Positions 47,484 to 58,880 of a stretch of DNA of 64,000 bases are shown here, piece by piece. The notes beneath the pieces are model-generated. The model made no database searches. It was not told the origin of the DNA and saw only the letters and a list, made by a program, of their open reading frames with translations. The stretch is from Spirochaetia bacterium. GTDB taxonomy: Bacteria > Spirochaetota > Spirochaetia > WTKD01 > G963693115. Each line of letters begins with the position of its first letter. The stretch's first letter is position 1. The DNA lies in NCBI GenBank assembly GCA_965226065.1, contig OZ245332.1, forward strand, positions 98,206 through 162,205, given 5' to 3'. Position numbers and translations under genes: made by a program.

Positions 47484-49994
47484 ATGAAAGTTCATTTTGA
47501 CGATTTGGCAATGTTAATATTTAATGCTGCATCTGAAGAAGCACAGCATGTACGACATCCCTATGTTACCCCTGAGCATATATTTTTTTGTGCCTTACAA
47601 TTTCATTTTGTACGTGGAATTTTTGAATTGCTAGATGTCGATATTCTGGAATTGGAAGAAGAGATTCACAGATATTTGTCGTACATTAACGAAGTCACTA
47701 CGGTTGAAAAAATAGATGATGCAACGCCGAAGCATTCTCCTGGATTTGATAAATTCTTAGAATATTCTGTCGTACATATGTATAAATCGCAAAATTCTTA
47801 CATTAATATTAAGAACATTTTACATGCGCTTATAGATATAGAAGAAGTGCAGGCAACACAATTTCTCAAAAGTCGGAATATAACGCATGAAAAAATATCG
47901 AAAATCTTAGATAATAAATTTTTTGAAAAATATTTGAAAGATAAACATGATGAAAACATGAACAGTTCTTTTGATGTAAGGGATGCATTTTCTCTTGAAG
48001 ATGCCGAACAAGAAGAATATTTTTCATCTTTTTATGCGACAAAAAAACATCAAGAAGATGATGAAACATTCTTGAAAAAATTTACTAAGGTTCTTAGTAC
48101 AGACATAGAAGAACATGATATTTTTGTAGGACAAGAATCGACTATCCGTAATGTATTTGAGGTATTAGTAAGACGAAGAAAAAACAACGTAATTCTTGTA
48201 GGAGATCCCGGTGTTGGCAAAACTGCATTGGTTCGTGAAATCGGTGCCCGTATTTTTGCAAAGGATGTACCTAAAGATCTTGAAGAATTTATATTGCTTG
48301 AACTTAACATTGTTGCACTTGTTGCCGGCACGCGTTATAGAGGAGATTTTGAAGACCGAGTGAGGCGATTAACGCATGCAATTTCTGATAAAAAGTGTAT
48401 TGTATTCATAGATGAAATACATACGATTTTAGGCGTTGGAGGATCTTCTAGCGGGGCAAACGATTTAAGCGATTTTATCAAACCACTGCTTATGGAAAGC
48501 AATGTGCGTTTTGTAGGTGCAACTACATTTGAAGAATATAAAAAACTGGAACATGAAAAAGCGTTATTTCGGCGTTTTTATTCCATAGAAATTCCAGAAT
48601 CAAATAAACAAGAGACAGAGCAAATACTTCGTTCTGTACGTCATGTGTATGAAAAATTTTACAATGTACAGTATCCTGATAATGTATTACAAACAATAGT
48701 ACGCTTGAGCAATGATTTCTTGCGTGAGCGCAGATTTCCTGACAAAGCAATAGATATTCTTGATTCTGTTGGAGCAATGCTTACTATTGATGAATTTTCG
48801 CAGAAGCGAATACAAGGTCAAAATGCACAGAAAGAACAGAAAAATTCTCATAATGCGGTACGACTTCGCAGTAAAAAAAAGAAGCATCGAATTATTACAG
48901 AAAAGCAAATTGAAATTCTTATAAGCAAAATAACAAAAAGGCCTGTTGCAAGTGTCTCGAAAAATGAGTTTATGCATCTGATAGCACTTGAAGACAGACT
49001 GAATAACACAATCTTCGGGCAAAAGCATGCGGTGCATTCTGTGACAAGGGCAATACGTCGTGCGAAAAGCGGCGTTGCTACCATGCAAAAACCATTACTT
49101 TCTGCACTTTTTGTAGGACCAACAGGAGTAGGGAAAACAGAATTATCAAAGCAACTTTCAGAAGAATTAGGAATGGCATTTCATAGGTTTGATATGAGTG
49201 AATATCAAGAAAAACATTCTGTTTCAAAGTTCATCGGATCACCTCCGGGCTATGTAGGGCATGAACACGGCGGTGTTTTTGTCGATAAGGTACGACGTGC
49301 TCCGCATTCGGTTGTGTTACTTGATGAAATAGAAAAAGCGCATAGTGATGTTTTTAATTTATTATTGCAGATTATGGATTATGGATTTATTACAGATAGT
49401 CTTGGAATACAAGCAGATTTTAGAAATACCATTCTCATTATGACGTCAAATGCAGGAATACAAGAAGCAATGAAAGCACCGATAATAGGGTTTGGGCATA
49501 TGGAGCAAAAAGGAAATGAAGAAATTAACAATGCGGTAAATAAATTTTTCTCACCGGAATTTAGAAATAGACTTGATGACATAATTATTTTTAATTCTCT
49601 TCAATTAGCAGATGTGCGTGGTGTAGTTATAAAAGAATTGAAAGCAATTGAGAAAAATCTCATGGAAAAACGTATTGCACTGACATGGACGGCAGGTGTT
49701 GTGTTGTATTTAGCTCATAAAGGCTATTCTCCGATTTTTGGCGCGCGTAATGTTATTCGTACCATAGATGTAGAAATACGAGATATCCTTGCAGGGCATG
49801 TTATCAGCGCACTTTCAAAATCTTCAAAAACTTTTCATGCTGAGTCTGATAATTCATTTCCTGTTCGCTTAGAATTATGCATGAAGCGAGGTGGAAAATC
49901 TGCTACTAAAAAAACAGTAGGGGTACATACCTATATTGATAATGTTTTAATAACGGATATTTCTCGGTATACGCGAAAAATGCCTGTAGTATAG
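47484..49994 (+). CDS. clpA: ATP-dependent Clp protease ATP-binding subunit ClpA
   Basis: Two AAA+ modules (GDPGVGKTA; GPTGVGKTE). Clp N-domain. Adjacent to clpS. Confidence 0.8.
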   Translation: MKVHFDDLAMLIFNAASEEAQHVRHPYVTPEHIFFCALQFHFVRGIFELLDVDILELEEEIHRYLSYINEVTTVEKIDDATPKHSPGFDKFLEYSVVHMYKSQNSYINIKNILHALIDIEEVQATQFLKSRNITHEKISKILDNKFFEKYLKDKHDENMNSSFDVRDAFSLEDAEQEEYFSSFYATKKHQEDDETFLKKFTKVLSTDIEEHDIFVGQESTIRNVFEVLVRRRKNNVILVGDPGVGKTALVREIGARIFAKDVPKDLEEFILLELNIVALVAGTRYRGDFEDRVRRLTHAISDKKCIVFIDEIHTILGVGGSSSGANDLSDFIKPLLMESNVRFVGATTFEEYKKLEHEKALFRRFYSIEIPESNKQETEQILRSVRHVYEKFYNVQYPDNVLQTIVRLSNDFLRERRFPDKAIDILDSVGAMLTIDEFSQKRIQGQNAQKEQKNSHNAVRLRSKKKKHRIITEKQIEILISKITKRPVASVSKNEFMHLIALEDRLNNTIFGQKHAVHSVTRAIRRAKSGVATMQKPLLSALFVGPTGVGKTELSKQLSEELGMAFHRFDMSEYQEKHSVSKFIGSPPGYVGHEHGGVFVDKVRRAPHSVVLLDEIEKAHSDVFNLLLQIMDYGFITDSLGIQADFRNTILIMTSNAGIQEAMKAPIIGFGHMEQKGNEEINNAVNKFFSPEFRNRLDDIIIFNSLQLADVRGVVIKELKAIEKNLMEKRIALTWTAGVVLYLAHKGYSPIFGARNVIRTIDVEIRDILAGHVISALSKSSKTFHAESDNSFPVRLELCMKRGGKSATKKTVGVHTYIDNVLITDISRYTRKMPVV

Positions 49995-50007
49995 ATACCT
50001 TTGTAGC

Positions 50008-51264
50008 TTATTGATATTTTGATTTGAGCATATGCAAGTATGTTTTTATCATTTTTACTCCCGTTTCATATGAAGGAATCTCTATGATATTATATTCATG
50101 TTCTTCAGTTCTAACACTCATGAATGATTTTCTTGAGTTTCCTTTTTGATCTGTTACAAGATGTACTTCTGGCATGAGCGGTGTCTCTTTAGGAAAATGG
50201 CTAATAATACCATAGCTCTGATTTCTAAGTCTTACATTTGATCCTATAGGGATTATACCTATCGACTTTGTAAACAGCTTTATATTTTTTGCATTGAAAT
50301 TGTATCTATCATCTATCATGATTTTGAGAGTTTGAAAAGGTGTTTGATGCTTGAGGATAATAGATTGAATGTAATAATCTATTATAGTAAGAAGATTAGC
50401 TACAATGTTTATTTCATTATCTACATTCTCATATTGTATAGATTGTGCCTGCGGTTTATAGGATTTCATATGTTTGACAACATCTACGATATACGAGGGA
50501 AAGTGTCTTTTTTGCAGTGTTTTTGCACTGATTTTAATAAGAACCTCTCGTGCTTTAGGGTTTGTAAAATCTATTGTTTGTTTAATTTGTTTTTCTAGAT
50601 TTATTGTAGCTATATATGAAACAAATGCACAAATGGCCATTTCTATGCGTTTATCTATGCTATGAAAGAACAGTTCTTTCGATTCGCTTTGTTCAAGAAT
50701 TGCAAGGGTTAGTAATAGATACTTAAAAGCTATTTCATTTGTGGTATGCTCCTTTGAATCTAAGAGCATGTTTCCTATGGCAAGATAAGGGTATGGGTTT
50801 TTTTTTACTCGTGGCATCAATTCATTACACACAAATTCTTGAATTTCTTTGTACATCAAAGTATCTGTTGTATGAAATTTCATCAATAGGCTATATGCAT
50901 ACTCGTATAAAGTATTATATTCTTTGTACGTCTGTGCAATAAGATAAGGATCCATATTTTCAAAATGCTTAAAAGCTTCGACACTGTCGCGTAGTGCTTC
51001 CGTATCATCATCTACATCACTTATATCAGTGCTTGTTGATTGATTTTTATTTGATACATTCTTTGGATTGATAGTATCTTTGAGATTTAAAGGTTCTTCT
51101 GATACAATATTTTCTAGATATGTTTGCTGAAATATTTCTAAGATGTCTTTTGTTACTATGGTATGTGGCAGTAGAATTATAAATTCTGAGTCATATTTCA
51201 CAACAGAATTTGCAGAGCTATTTATTTGAATATTTTGTATGGGTACTTTTTTAATACTTTTCAT
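50008..51264 (-). CDS. Hypothetical protein
   Basis: 418-aa ORF with no confidently recognised motifs. Confidence 0.3.
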   Translation of the reverse strand: MKSIKKVPIQNIQINSSANSVVKYDSEFIILLPHTIVTKDILEIFQQTYLENIVSEEPLNLKDTINPKNVSNKNQSTSTDISDVDDDTEALRDSVEAFKHFENMDPYLIAQTYKEYNTLYEYAYSLLMKFHTTDTLMYKEIQEFVCNELMPRVKKNPYPYLAIGNMLLDSKEHTTNEIAFKYLLLTLAILEQSESKELFFHSIDKRIEMAICAFVSYIATINLEKQIKQTIDFTNPKAREVLIKISAKTLQKRHFPSYIVDVVKHMKSYKPQAQSIQYENVDNEINIVANLLTIIDYYIQSIILKHQTPFQTLKIMIDDRYNFNAKNIKLFTKSIGIIPIGSNVRLRNQSYGIISHFPKETPLMPEVHLVTDQKGNSRKSFMSVRTEEHEYNIIEIPSYETGVKMIKTYLHMLKSKYQ

Positions 51265-51400
51265 TATAAAATATATTACTAAGTCTTATATGTAACAAAA
51301 ATCAATTTGCTTTTCAAGTGCTAATATATAAATATTTTTATTTTTAAAAGATATATGCACTAATTACGCTACAATGTTACTACTATTTATGTGTTAAGGT

Positions 51401-52618
51401 ATGAAATATTGGGAATATTCAGAAAAAATTAATGGAGTATGCTACGATTTACGCGGAAAAGTCTTACAAGAAGCGCAGAGGCTTGAAAGACAAGGAAATA
51501 ACATACTGAAGCTAAATATTGGTAATACGCTGCCCTTTGGGTTTCAGTGCTCTGAAGCGCTCTTGCAAGATGTACATCAGAATTTGAATCGCTCACAGGG
51601 CTATGTGTATAGCAAAGGTATATTACCCGCTCGTGACGCTATTATGCAATATTACCAGCAAAAAGGTATATTCATAGATATAGAAGACATTTACATAGGA
51701 AATGGGGTAAGCGAGCTTATCGTTATGGCAATGCAGGTGCTTCTTAATCCGGGCGATGAAGTACTTGTTCCTTCTCCCGACTATCCTTTGTGGACTGCTG
51801 CTATTACCTTAAGCGGAGGTACTGCCAAACACTACTTGTGTGATGAATGCAACGAATGGCAACCCGATGTACAAAATATAGAATCCTTAATTACAAAAAA
51901 CACCAAGGCAATTGTTATTATAAATCCGAACAACCCAACTGGCGCAGTGTATTCTAAAGAAGTTTTAGAAGCATTTGTATCTCTTTGCATAAAAAACAAT
52001 ATCTTGATATTTGCCGATGAGATATACGAAAAAATCATCTTTGATAATATTCCTATGTATAATATGGCAACGCTTACCGGTGATTATCCGTGTGTGTTTT
52101 TTAGTGGATTATCAAAAGCATATTGTGTACCGGGTTTTCGTTGTGGCTGGATTTGCTTTAAGGATCCTCACAAACAACTTGAAAAATACCGAGCGGGATT
52201 TGATATTTTATCTTCAATGAGACTTTGTAGCAATGTTCCCACACAGTATGCGGTGCAAGCATCGCTTAGTGACTATCAGAGCACTGACGCGCTTATAGCA
52301 CAAAGTGGAAGGCTTTATACGCAGCGAGAGCGCATATGCACCTTACTTGAGCATATACCGGGAATATCTTTTGTAAAACCTAAAGGCGCTTTGTATGTTT
52401 TTCCTAAAATAGACACACAGCGTTTTGCTATACGCGATGATGAAAAGTTTATTTTAGATTTCCTAAAGTCTAAGCATGTTTTAATGGTACATGGAAGAGC
52501 ATTTCACTGGAATAAACCCGATCATTTTCGCATAGTTATACTGCCAAAAGTAGAAGATATTGAATATGCGCTTGCTGAATTAGCAGATTTTTTAGCAGAG
52601 TATACTCAGTCTGCATAA
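51401..52618 (+). CDS. Class I/II PLP-dependent aminotransferase (alanine aminotransferase AlaA-like)
   Basis: GLSKAYCVPGFRCGW (PLP-lysine SKxYxxxGxRxGW motif) and IINPNNPTG. Confidence 0.8.
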   Translation: MKYWEYSEKINGVCYDLRGKVLQEAQRLERQGNNILKLNIGNTLPFGFQCSEALLQDVHQNLNRSQGYVYSKGILPARDAIMQYYQQKGIFIDIEDIYIGNGVSELIVMAMQVLLNPGDEVLVPSPDYPLWTAAITLSGGTAKHYLCDECNEWQPDVQNIESLITKNTKAIVIINPNNPTGAVYSKEVLEAFVSLCIKNNILIFADEIYEKIIFDNIPMYNMATLTGDYPCVFFSGLSKAYCVPGFRCGWICFKDPHKQLEKYRAGFDILSSMRLCSNVPTQYAVQASLSDYQSTDALIAQSGRLYTQRERICTLLEHIPGISFVKPKGALYVFPKIDTQRFAIRDDEKFILDFLKSKHVLMVHGRAFHWNKPDHFRIVILPKVEDIEYALAELADFLAEYTQSA

Positions 52619-52663
52619 TACAGGTGATGACATGTTTATATTTTTTGTATTAGAAATACGGTT

Positions 52664-53719
52664 TTGCGTACACAAAATATCATTGTAGAGTTTGCAGGAG
52701 GGCTTGGAAATCAGCTGTTTCAATATGCCTTTGCACAAGTACTTTTTATTGAGCTTCAGAATCATGGCGACTCATCTGTTATGTATAAGATATGGCTTGA
52801 TGGCACGGGAGTAAAACGCGATGTAAAGCGAAGGTTTCATATACTTTCCATGCTGAAGGAACATAGCGCCATTTCTAAAAGTAGCGTTATTCGATCTCGT
52901 AGAAAATTATTTTCATTAGTTGGAGAACGTATTCATATATCACTAAGTAAATGGGAAAAAGTGATACACAAGATACACCCCTATATTCCATTGAGCAATG
53001 CACAAAATTACCTTTTTCTTTCTGAGGAGTCGTGTTGTCTTAAAACGCGTGAAAAGAATTTAGAAATAATTCCGACACTTATAGATACAATATATAAGTC
53101 TGTATTACCTGTATTTGTGCAAGGGTATTGGCAGCATAGTCACATAATTAAGATTTTGCTCAACAATCCGAATAGAGATTTATTGCAAATTCCTCAAGAC
53201 ACTCGCGCATTCACGCATGCGTGTAATTTTATACAAGGATGTCAGAGAAGCGTTTCTTTGCATGTAAGAAGAACTGACTATCTAGATGCAAATGCAGAAT
53301 ATCCTCCATGCACGCTTAAATACTATCAAAACGCCATAGCATATTTGCATCGTATGCACTCGTCACAAAAAGACAAAGGCAAGATGTGTATACTCATTTT
53401 TAGTGATGATGTAGTATGGTGTAAAGATTTTCTTATTCCTGTATTGCAAAAAAACGATAAGAGTAATCTTTACAAACTTGCTAGTGATATAAGTACAGGT
53501 GTCTTATCGGATATTCATGAGCTTATACTTATGAGTTTATGTACGCACCATGTGTTGGCAAATAGCTCTTTTAGCTGGTGGGGTTCAGGTATGATTCATG
53601 ATGTTTTTTTACCGCATCTAAAAAGAAAAAATGATGGTATCGTGATAGCACCACAGCAATGGCATAGAGATTTATACAAAACTCAGTGTATACCTATGCC
53701 TCATTGGGTACTTTTGTAA
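52664..53719 (+). CDS. Glycosyltransferase family 11 alpha-1,2-fucosyltransferase
   Basis: GGLGNQLFQYAF (GT11 motif I), HVRRTDY (HxRRGDY motif), and a C-terminal S.F.WWG-like region (NSSFSWWGS). Confidence 0.75.
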   Translation: MRTQNIIVEFAGGLGNQLFQYAFAQVLFIELQNHGDSSVMYKIWLDGTGVKRDVKRRFHILSMLKEHSAISKSSVIRSRRKLFSLVGERIHISLSKWEKVIHKIHPYIPLSNAQNYLFLSEESCCLKTREKNLEIIPTLIDTIYKSVLPVFVQGYWQHSHIIKILLNNPNRDLLQIPQDTRAFTHACNFIQGCQRSVSLHVRRTDYLDANAEYPPCTLKYYQNAIAYLHRMHSSQKDKGKMCILIFSDDVVWCKDFLIPVLQKNDKSNLYKLASDISTGVLSDIHELILMSLCTHHVLANSSFSWWGSGMIHDVFLPHLKRKNDGIVIAPQQWHRDLYKTQCIPMPHWVLL

Positions 53720-53788
53720 TACATATTTTTATTTACTAGTTCAATGTACCGTGCTATTTTTTCAATATGAATACCGTCAGTTAAAAAT

Positions 53789-56560
53789 TTGTATTTAGCT
53801 TTTAGAGAATATACCGATTTTTTAACTAGTATGAAGATTATCCGAACTATTATATCAGGCCTTTTTTTGCTCGTTGGAGGAATATTGTTAATGAGCATTG
53901 TACAGGCTTTTATAGGTAATGGCAATAATATTGGCGAGCTTTTATGGAATAGTTATTCCTATGCTGCCTTTGGATCTCCCTTGTTATTTTTTTGGATATT
54001 TGCGGTGCTGTTGTATGGAAATACGCATGTGTATAGGCTAGTTAGTCCTATGCTTGCGGTTTTTCCCCTGCTGTTTTTTGGAATTGCATGTAATATTATG
54101 CTTTGGCAGCCTCCGGATGCAGTTCCGCCATTTTGGATAACCGTAAAATTATTTGGACAAACGGCATCAGTAGTACTGTGGTTTTTTATAGGTTCAGTAA
54201 TCATGGTATGTATTGCGATATTTCACGCAATGTGTACAATTTGGGTGCAAAAACATGCACATGATGCAACACTGCAGGCAGATACTACAAATACTTTGAA
54301 AAATACTGTTTCTAAAAACTATAAAAAATTTACTTCAGCAGTACACAAGATTGTCAAAGGTCACGTACCATCTCCTAAGGATTATGTAAAAAGCACTCCA
54401 TCTGAAACTCATAACGTTATACAAAATGAGGCTGCTCCATTATCTTCATCCTCTGAAACTTTTGATGCGCAAGAAGAAACTTACAATACGATGAAAGTGG
54501 AAACGCATGCACAGAATCACACGGGTGCAAAATACACGCCTGAAGTGTCCATGATGCATCCGAAAGATGACAGGTATTTGCTTATATTTAACAGAGAAAG
54601 ATTACATAATATGCAAATGCAATTGCATCAAGAGTTGGAAGAAGAAAGTATACAAGATGTAGTGCCTCTCGGTGCCGAAAGTTATATTTCCGATCAAACT
54701 ACGATAGCTAAGGTTCACAGTGATTCTCTTAATTCTAAGCATGACTATGAAGGTGTAGAAAATGAGTGGGCTAGTGCTTTTGAAAATGCACCTGAGGTGT
54801 ATCAAAAACTTGAAGTGAATAACGACAATGAAAATTTTACCAATAGTACTACTTCTTCTAACGATACAAACGAATTTGTAGATCCTTCATTTTTAGATGA
54901 TTCTTCTTCAGAAAGCGTTTTTGAAGTAATGGATGAAGATAAAAAAAAACTTTCATTGAAAAAAGCATACGAGCATACTACCGAAATTCTTGATAATAGT
55001 GCCCAATATTCAGAAATCGTGCAAGATCGCAAGAGTGGAGATAGAGAAGAACAAGAAAAGCGAGATGGAACGCTTCCTTATGTTTTAAGCACCGTAGCAA
55101 ATAAGGAAGCGGAAAGGATTTCAAAAAAAGAGAATAAGAAAAAATCTACAAAGTATTTCATTCCTATTCACGGCGTCTTAAATCCGCCCTCAAAAGAAAG
55201 CGAGGTCGATATGAATGTTGTGGAAAGTACTGCAAAAAAACTTGAAGAGACTTTGAAAGAGTTTTCCATTGATGCAAAGGTAACGTCTTATTGTCGAGGA
55301 CCTGTTGTTACAATGTTTGAAATACTCCCCGCTCCGGGTGTGCGTTTAAATCGTATCGTTGCCTTAGGTGATAACATAGCACTTCGTCTAGCTGCCTCAA
55401 GTATTCGCATTGTTGCTCCTATTCCCGGTAAAGAAGCGGTGGGTATAGAAGTGCCAAATGTCATGCGCGATGTTGTTTCTCTCTCTGAACTTATTGCGTA
55501 CAAAAAATTTTACAGCAAGGACACGGCATTACCGATTGTGTTAGGAAAAGATGTTTCTGGACAGGTGCAAGTTTCTGATCTTTCTCGCATGCCACATTTG
55601 CTTATAGCAGGAGCTACGGGTAGTGGAAAATCTGTGTGTATCAATACCTTGCTTTGTTCGCTACTATTTCGTTGCGATCCTGCAGAATTGAAATTGTTAC
55701 TTATAGATCCGAAAACTGTCGAGTTAAATTTTTACAACGATATTGCACATCTCTTAACTCCTGTTATTGATGACCCCGAACGATCGGTGCAAGCTTTGCG
55801 ATGGTGCGTAAAAGAAATGGAGAGACGCTATCAACTTTTAGGTAATCATGGAGTGCGAGAAATACGCAGTTATAACGCAAAAATGGCATCACAAAACATC
55901 GCGAAGGCGGCGCGTATGCCTTATCTTGTAATTGTCATAGATGAATTTGCAGATCTTATGCTCACTTGTAGTAAAGAAATAGAAACACTCGTTGCGCGTA
56001 TTGCAGCGAAGTCTCGTGCCGTGGGAATACATTTAGTACTTGCAACGCAGCGTCCTTCTACGGATGTTATCACAGGAATTATCAAAGCGAACATTCCATC
56101 ACGCATTGCTTTCATGGTAGCGAGCAAGACCGATTCACGTATTATCTTAGATCAGAATGGTGCTGATAAACTACTTGGACGTGGTGACATGCTTTTTTCT
56201 TCTGCAAGCGACTTATATCCAATGCGTATACAGGGTGCATTTTTGTCTGAAGAAGAAGTTTCTCGCGTTGTTTCGCATGTGAAAGCTGTTGGAGGAGATT
56301 CCGAATACATAGATGAAGACGAACTTTTTTCTGATGGAAACGAAGTACGTGAGGCTTATGACGGACCTGAAGATCCGATTTGGAATGAAGCAGTGCGCGA
56401 GGTTCAAGAGACTAATAGAGCATCTGCTTCGTATCTACAACGTCGGTTTAGAATAGGATACAATCGCGCTTCACGATTGATAGAGATGATGGAGATACAA
56501 GGCATTATCAGTGCACCGCAGGGTAGCAAACCGCGTAGTGTCATAAGCAATGCCGCATAG
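53789..56560 (+). CDS. ftsK: DNA translocase FtsK/SpoIIIE
   Basis: N-terminal TM domain, low-complexity linker, motor domain (GATGSGKSV Walker A; VIVIDEFADLM Walker B) and the gamma winged helix (ASASYLQRRFRIGYNRASRLIEMME). The start may be the internal ATG at about 53831. Confidence 0.9.
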   Translation: MYLAFREYTDFLTSMKIIRTIISGLFLLVGGILLMSIVQAFIGNGNNIGELLWNSYSYAAFGSPLLFFWIFAVLLYGNTHVYRLVSPMLAVFPLLFFGIACNIMLWQPPDAVPPFWITVKLFGQTASVVLWFFIGSVIMVCIAIFHAMCTIWVQKHAHDATLQADTTNTLKNTVSKNYKKFTSAVHKIVKGHVPSPKDYVKSTPSETHNVIQNEAAPLSSSSETFDAQEETYNTMKVETHAQNHTGAKYTPEVSMMHPKDDRYLLIFNRERLHNMQMQLHQELEEESIQDVVPLGAESYISDQTTIAKVHSDSLNSKHDYEGVENEWASAFENAPEVYQKLEVNNDNENFTNSTTSSNDTNEFVDPSFLDDSSSESVFEVMDEDKKKLSLKKAYEHTTEILDNSAQYSEIVQDRKSGDREEQEKRDGTLPYVLSTVANKEAERISKKENKKKSTKYFIPIHGVLNPPSKESEVDMNVVESTAKKLEETLKEFSIDAKVTSYCRGPVVTMFEILPAPGVRLNRIVALGDNIALRLAASSIRIVAPIPGKEAVGIEVPNVMRDVVSLSELIAYKKFYSKDTALPIVLGKDVSGQVQVSDLSRMPHLLIAGATGSGKSVCINTLLCSLLFRCDPAELKLLLIDPKTVELNFYNDIAHLLTPVIDDPERSVQALRWCVKEMERRYQLLGNHGVREIRSYNAKMASQNIAKAARMPYLVIVIDEFADLMLTCSKEIETLVARIAAKSRAVGIHLVLATQRPSTDVITGIIKANIPSRIAFMVASKTDSRIILDQNGADKLLGRGDMLFSSASDLYPMRIQGAFLSEEEVSRVVSHVKAVGGDSEYIDEDELFSDGNEVREAYDGPEDPIWNEAVREVQETNRASASYLQRRFRIGYNRASRLIEMMEIQGIISAPQGSKPRSVISNAA

Positions 56561-56757
56561 AAACTTTTCTTTTTGTTCATAAGAGTAGGTATACTTTTAC
56601 GAGCATTTTGTATTTCTGAACAACTGTTTTTTAAAAGCTTGTGAGAAAAACACTTCTCTATAAAGATTGCAGGTGTTTTATATTTCCATGTTTATAACAC
56701 TTATGATATGATACGAATATGCTATGTATTTATTACATGGCATGTCTGTAATAATAT

Positions 56758-58182
56758 GTGCAGAAATTCAAAATTACATTAAGAAGTATGAGTATGACGA
56801 CAACCCACACCCTTACTGTAGGTGAGAATGCACGAGTGCATCTGACGATAACAGTACCTGCAGAAACCGTGCAAGCGATGCATGCTACGGAACTGCATGA
56901 TATCGCAAAAAAGGCGCAAATTAAAGGATTTCGAAAAGGCAAGGTTCCACTAAAAATCCTTGAAGATAAATTTGGCGATTCACTAAAGGCAAACACTCTT
57001 GAAAAAATAATAAACAATTCAGTACAAGATGTCCTTCAGAAAGTTGAAAAACAACCTCTTCCATATTCTCGACCTAGCTTGCAAGAAGAACAAAATTTGG
57101 AACTTATCGCAAATGAGGATTTCGTATTTACGATTTTGTATGATACTAATCCAATAATAGAACCTTGTGATGTAAAAGCGCTTAGCTTACCTGATTTTGA
57201 TATTCAGATTAGCGATGAAGATATTGCAAAAGAACTTGAGGGTATTCAAGAGCGTAATGCTATTATGAGCGATAAGACAAGTCCCATTGAGAATAGCGAT
57301 GTCGTTACTATGACGCTTGTTGAACTTGAGGATAACGATGAAGAGATAGCAGGTACAAAACGCGAAGATTTTACTGCCACCGTTGGCTCTCATCAAACTC
57401 TTTATGATATTGATGATGATTTACTCGACCTATCTGTAAAGCAGAGCAAAATTGTCTCAAAGAAGTTTGCAAAAGACTATAAAATCTCTGAGTTTGCAGG
57501 AAAATCTATAAAACTGAAAATTGTGATTCAAGCGGTAAAGCAAAAGAATCTCCCTGATATAGATGATGAACTTGCGCAAGATGTAAATGCAAAATATAAA
57601 ACGCTTGATGAACTGAAACAGGACTTGGAAAAACAACTGAAAGATAGATCTCAATATATGATAGAGGAGCTACATAAAAAAAAGATTATGGATCATCTTC
57701 TTGAAAGTTCAAAAATAGAAGTTCCAGAATCTGCAGTAAAATTTCAGCTTGAGAATTTTTGGAAAAGTTTTGTTTCTAACAATGGCAATGATGAAAATGC
57801 AGTGTATAAGTCTCTGCAGATGTCGGGGCAGAGTAAAGAGCAGATTTTTGAAATGTGGCGAGAGAACGCAATATATAGTGTTAAAGAACAGCTTATGATG
57901 GGGCATCTTATCAAGGCGAATAATATTGTTATTGATGATGATACTATGTGGAATGTCATCAAAGAAGAATGTGAAAAAACAGGGATGAATTTTGAAGAAG
58001 TGAAGGAGTATTATACAAAACAACAGATGTTACCGCGTATAAGACATGATATAGAACAGAAAAAACTTTTTGAAATATTGAAAAATAGTACTACTATAGA
58101 AGTAGAAAAGAAAAAAATGTCTTTTTTAGAGCTTGTAGCATTTTATGAAAAAAATCAGCAATCAGTAGAAAAAGCAGCGTAG
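56758..58182 (+). CDS. tig: Trigger factor
   Basis: Ribosome-binding N-domain (GFRKGKVP), central PPIase region and C-terminal arm. The tig-clpP-clpX order is conserved. Confidence 0.9.
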   Translation: MQKFKITLRSMSMTTTHTLTVGENARVHLTITVPAETVQAMHATELHDIAKKAQIKGFRKGKVPLKILEDKFGDSLKANTLEKIINNSVQDVLQKVEKQPLPYSRPSLQEEQNLELIANEDFVFTILYDTNPIIEPCDVKALSLPDFDIQISDEDIAKELEGIQERNAIMSDKTSPIENSDVVTMTLVELEDNDEEIAGTKREDFTATVGSHQTLYDIDDDLLDLSVKQSKIVSKKFAKDYKISEFAGKSIKLKIVIQAVKQKNLPDIDDELAQDVNAKYKTLDELKQDLEKQLKDRSQYMIEELHKKKIMDHLLESSKIEVPESAVKFQLENFWKSFVSNNGNDENAVYKSLQMSGQSKEQIFEMWRENAIYSVKEQLMMGHLIKANNIVIDDDTMWNVIKEECEKTGMNFEEVKEYYTKQQMLPRIRHDIEQKKLFEILKNSTTIEVEKKKMSFLELVAFYEKNQQSVEKAA

Positions 58183-58196
58183 AGAATTGTAATTGT

Positions 58197-58880
58197 ATGT
58201 TTAATTCAACCCAATCTAGTACAGGAAAACACGTTTCTTCGTCTCATCCAAAAAATTTTTATTCTAGTGCAGATCCAGTCGCATCTGTTATACCAATGGT
58301 TTTGGAAAGTACAGGAACTACAGACCGTGTCTTTGATATTTATTCAAGGCTTTTAAAGGAACGAATTGTATTTATTGGTGGTACAATACACGATGATGTT
58401 GCAAATCTCGTGATAGCACAGTTGTTATTTTTAGAATCTTTGTCTACAGAAAAACCTATAAATCTCTATATCAATTGTGTTGGTGGCTCTGTTACTGCAG
58501 GCTTTGCCATTTACGATACTATACAGTATTTACAAAGCCCGGTGCAGACTATTTGCATAGGGCAGGCAGTTTCCATGGGTGCTTTACTTCTTGCCTGTGG
58601 CACGACTAAAAAGCGCAAGGCACTTCCTTCATCGCGTGTCATGATACATCAGCCATGGGGTGGCATAGAAGGTCAAGCATCTGACATCCGCATACAAACA
58701 AAAGAAATGCTTCGTACTAAAAATCTCATCACCGATTATTTTGTTCATCATACGAAGCAAAATAGGCAGACTATTATGAATGATATTGAAAGAGATTTTT
58801 TTATGTCTCCTGCTACCGCTCTTGAATACGGAATAATAGACGAAATACTGACACGTCATAGTACAGAGGAAAACGCATGA
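58197..58880 (+). CDS. clpP: ATP-dependent Clp protease proteolytic subunit
   Basis: [17 protein letters not shown], catalytic VSMGA (Ser) and MIHQP (His). The 5' extension may be a propeptide, or the start may be at 58296. Confidence 0.9.
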   Translation: MFNSTQSSTGKHVSSSHPKNFYSSADPVASVIPMVLESTGTTDRVFDIYSRLLKERIVFIGGTIHDDVANLVIAQLLFLESLSTEKPINLYINCVGGSVTAGFAIYDTIQYLQSPVQTICIGQAVSMGALLLACGTTKKRKALPSSRVMIHQPWGGIEGQASDIRIQTKEMLRTKNLITDYFVHHTKQNRQTIMNDIERDFFMSPATALEYGIIDEILTRHSTEENA

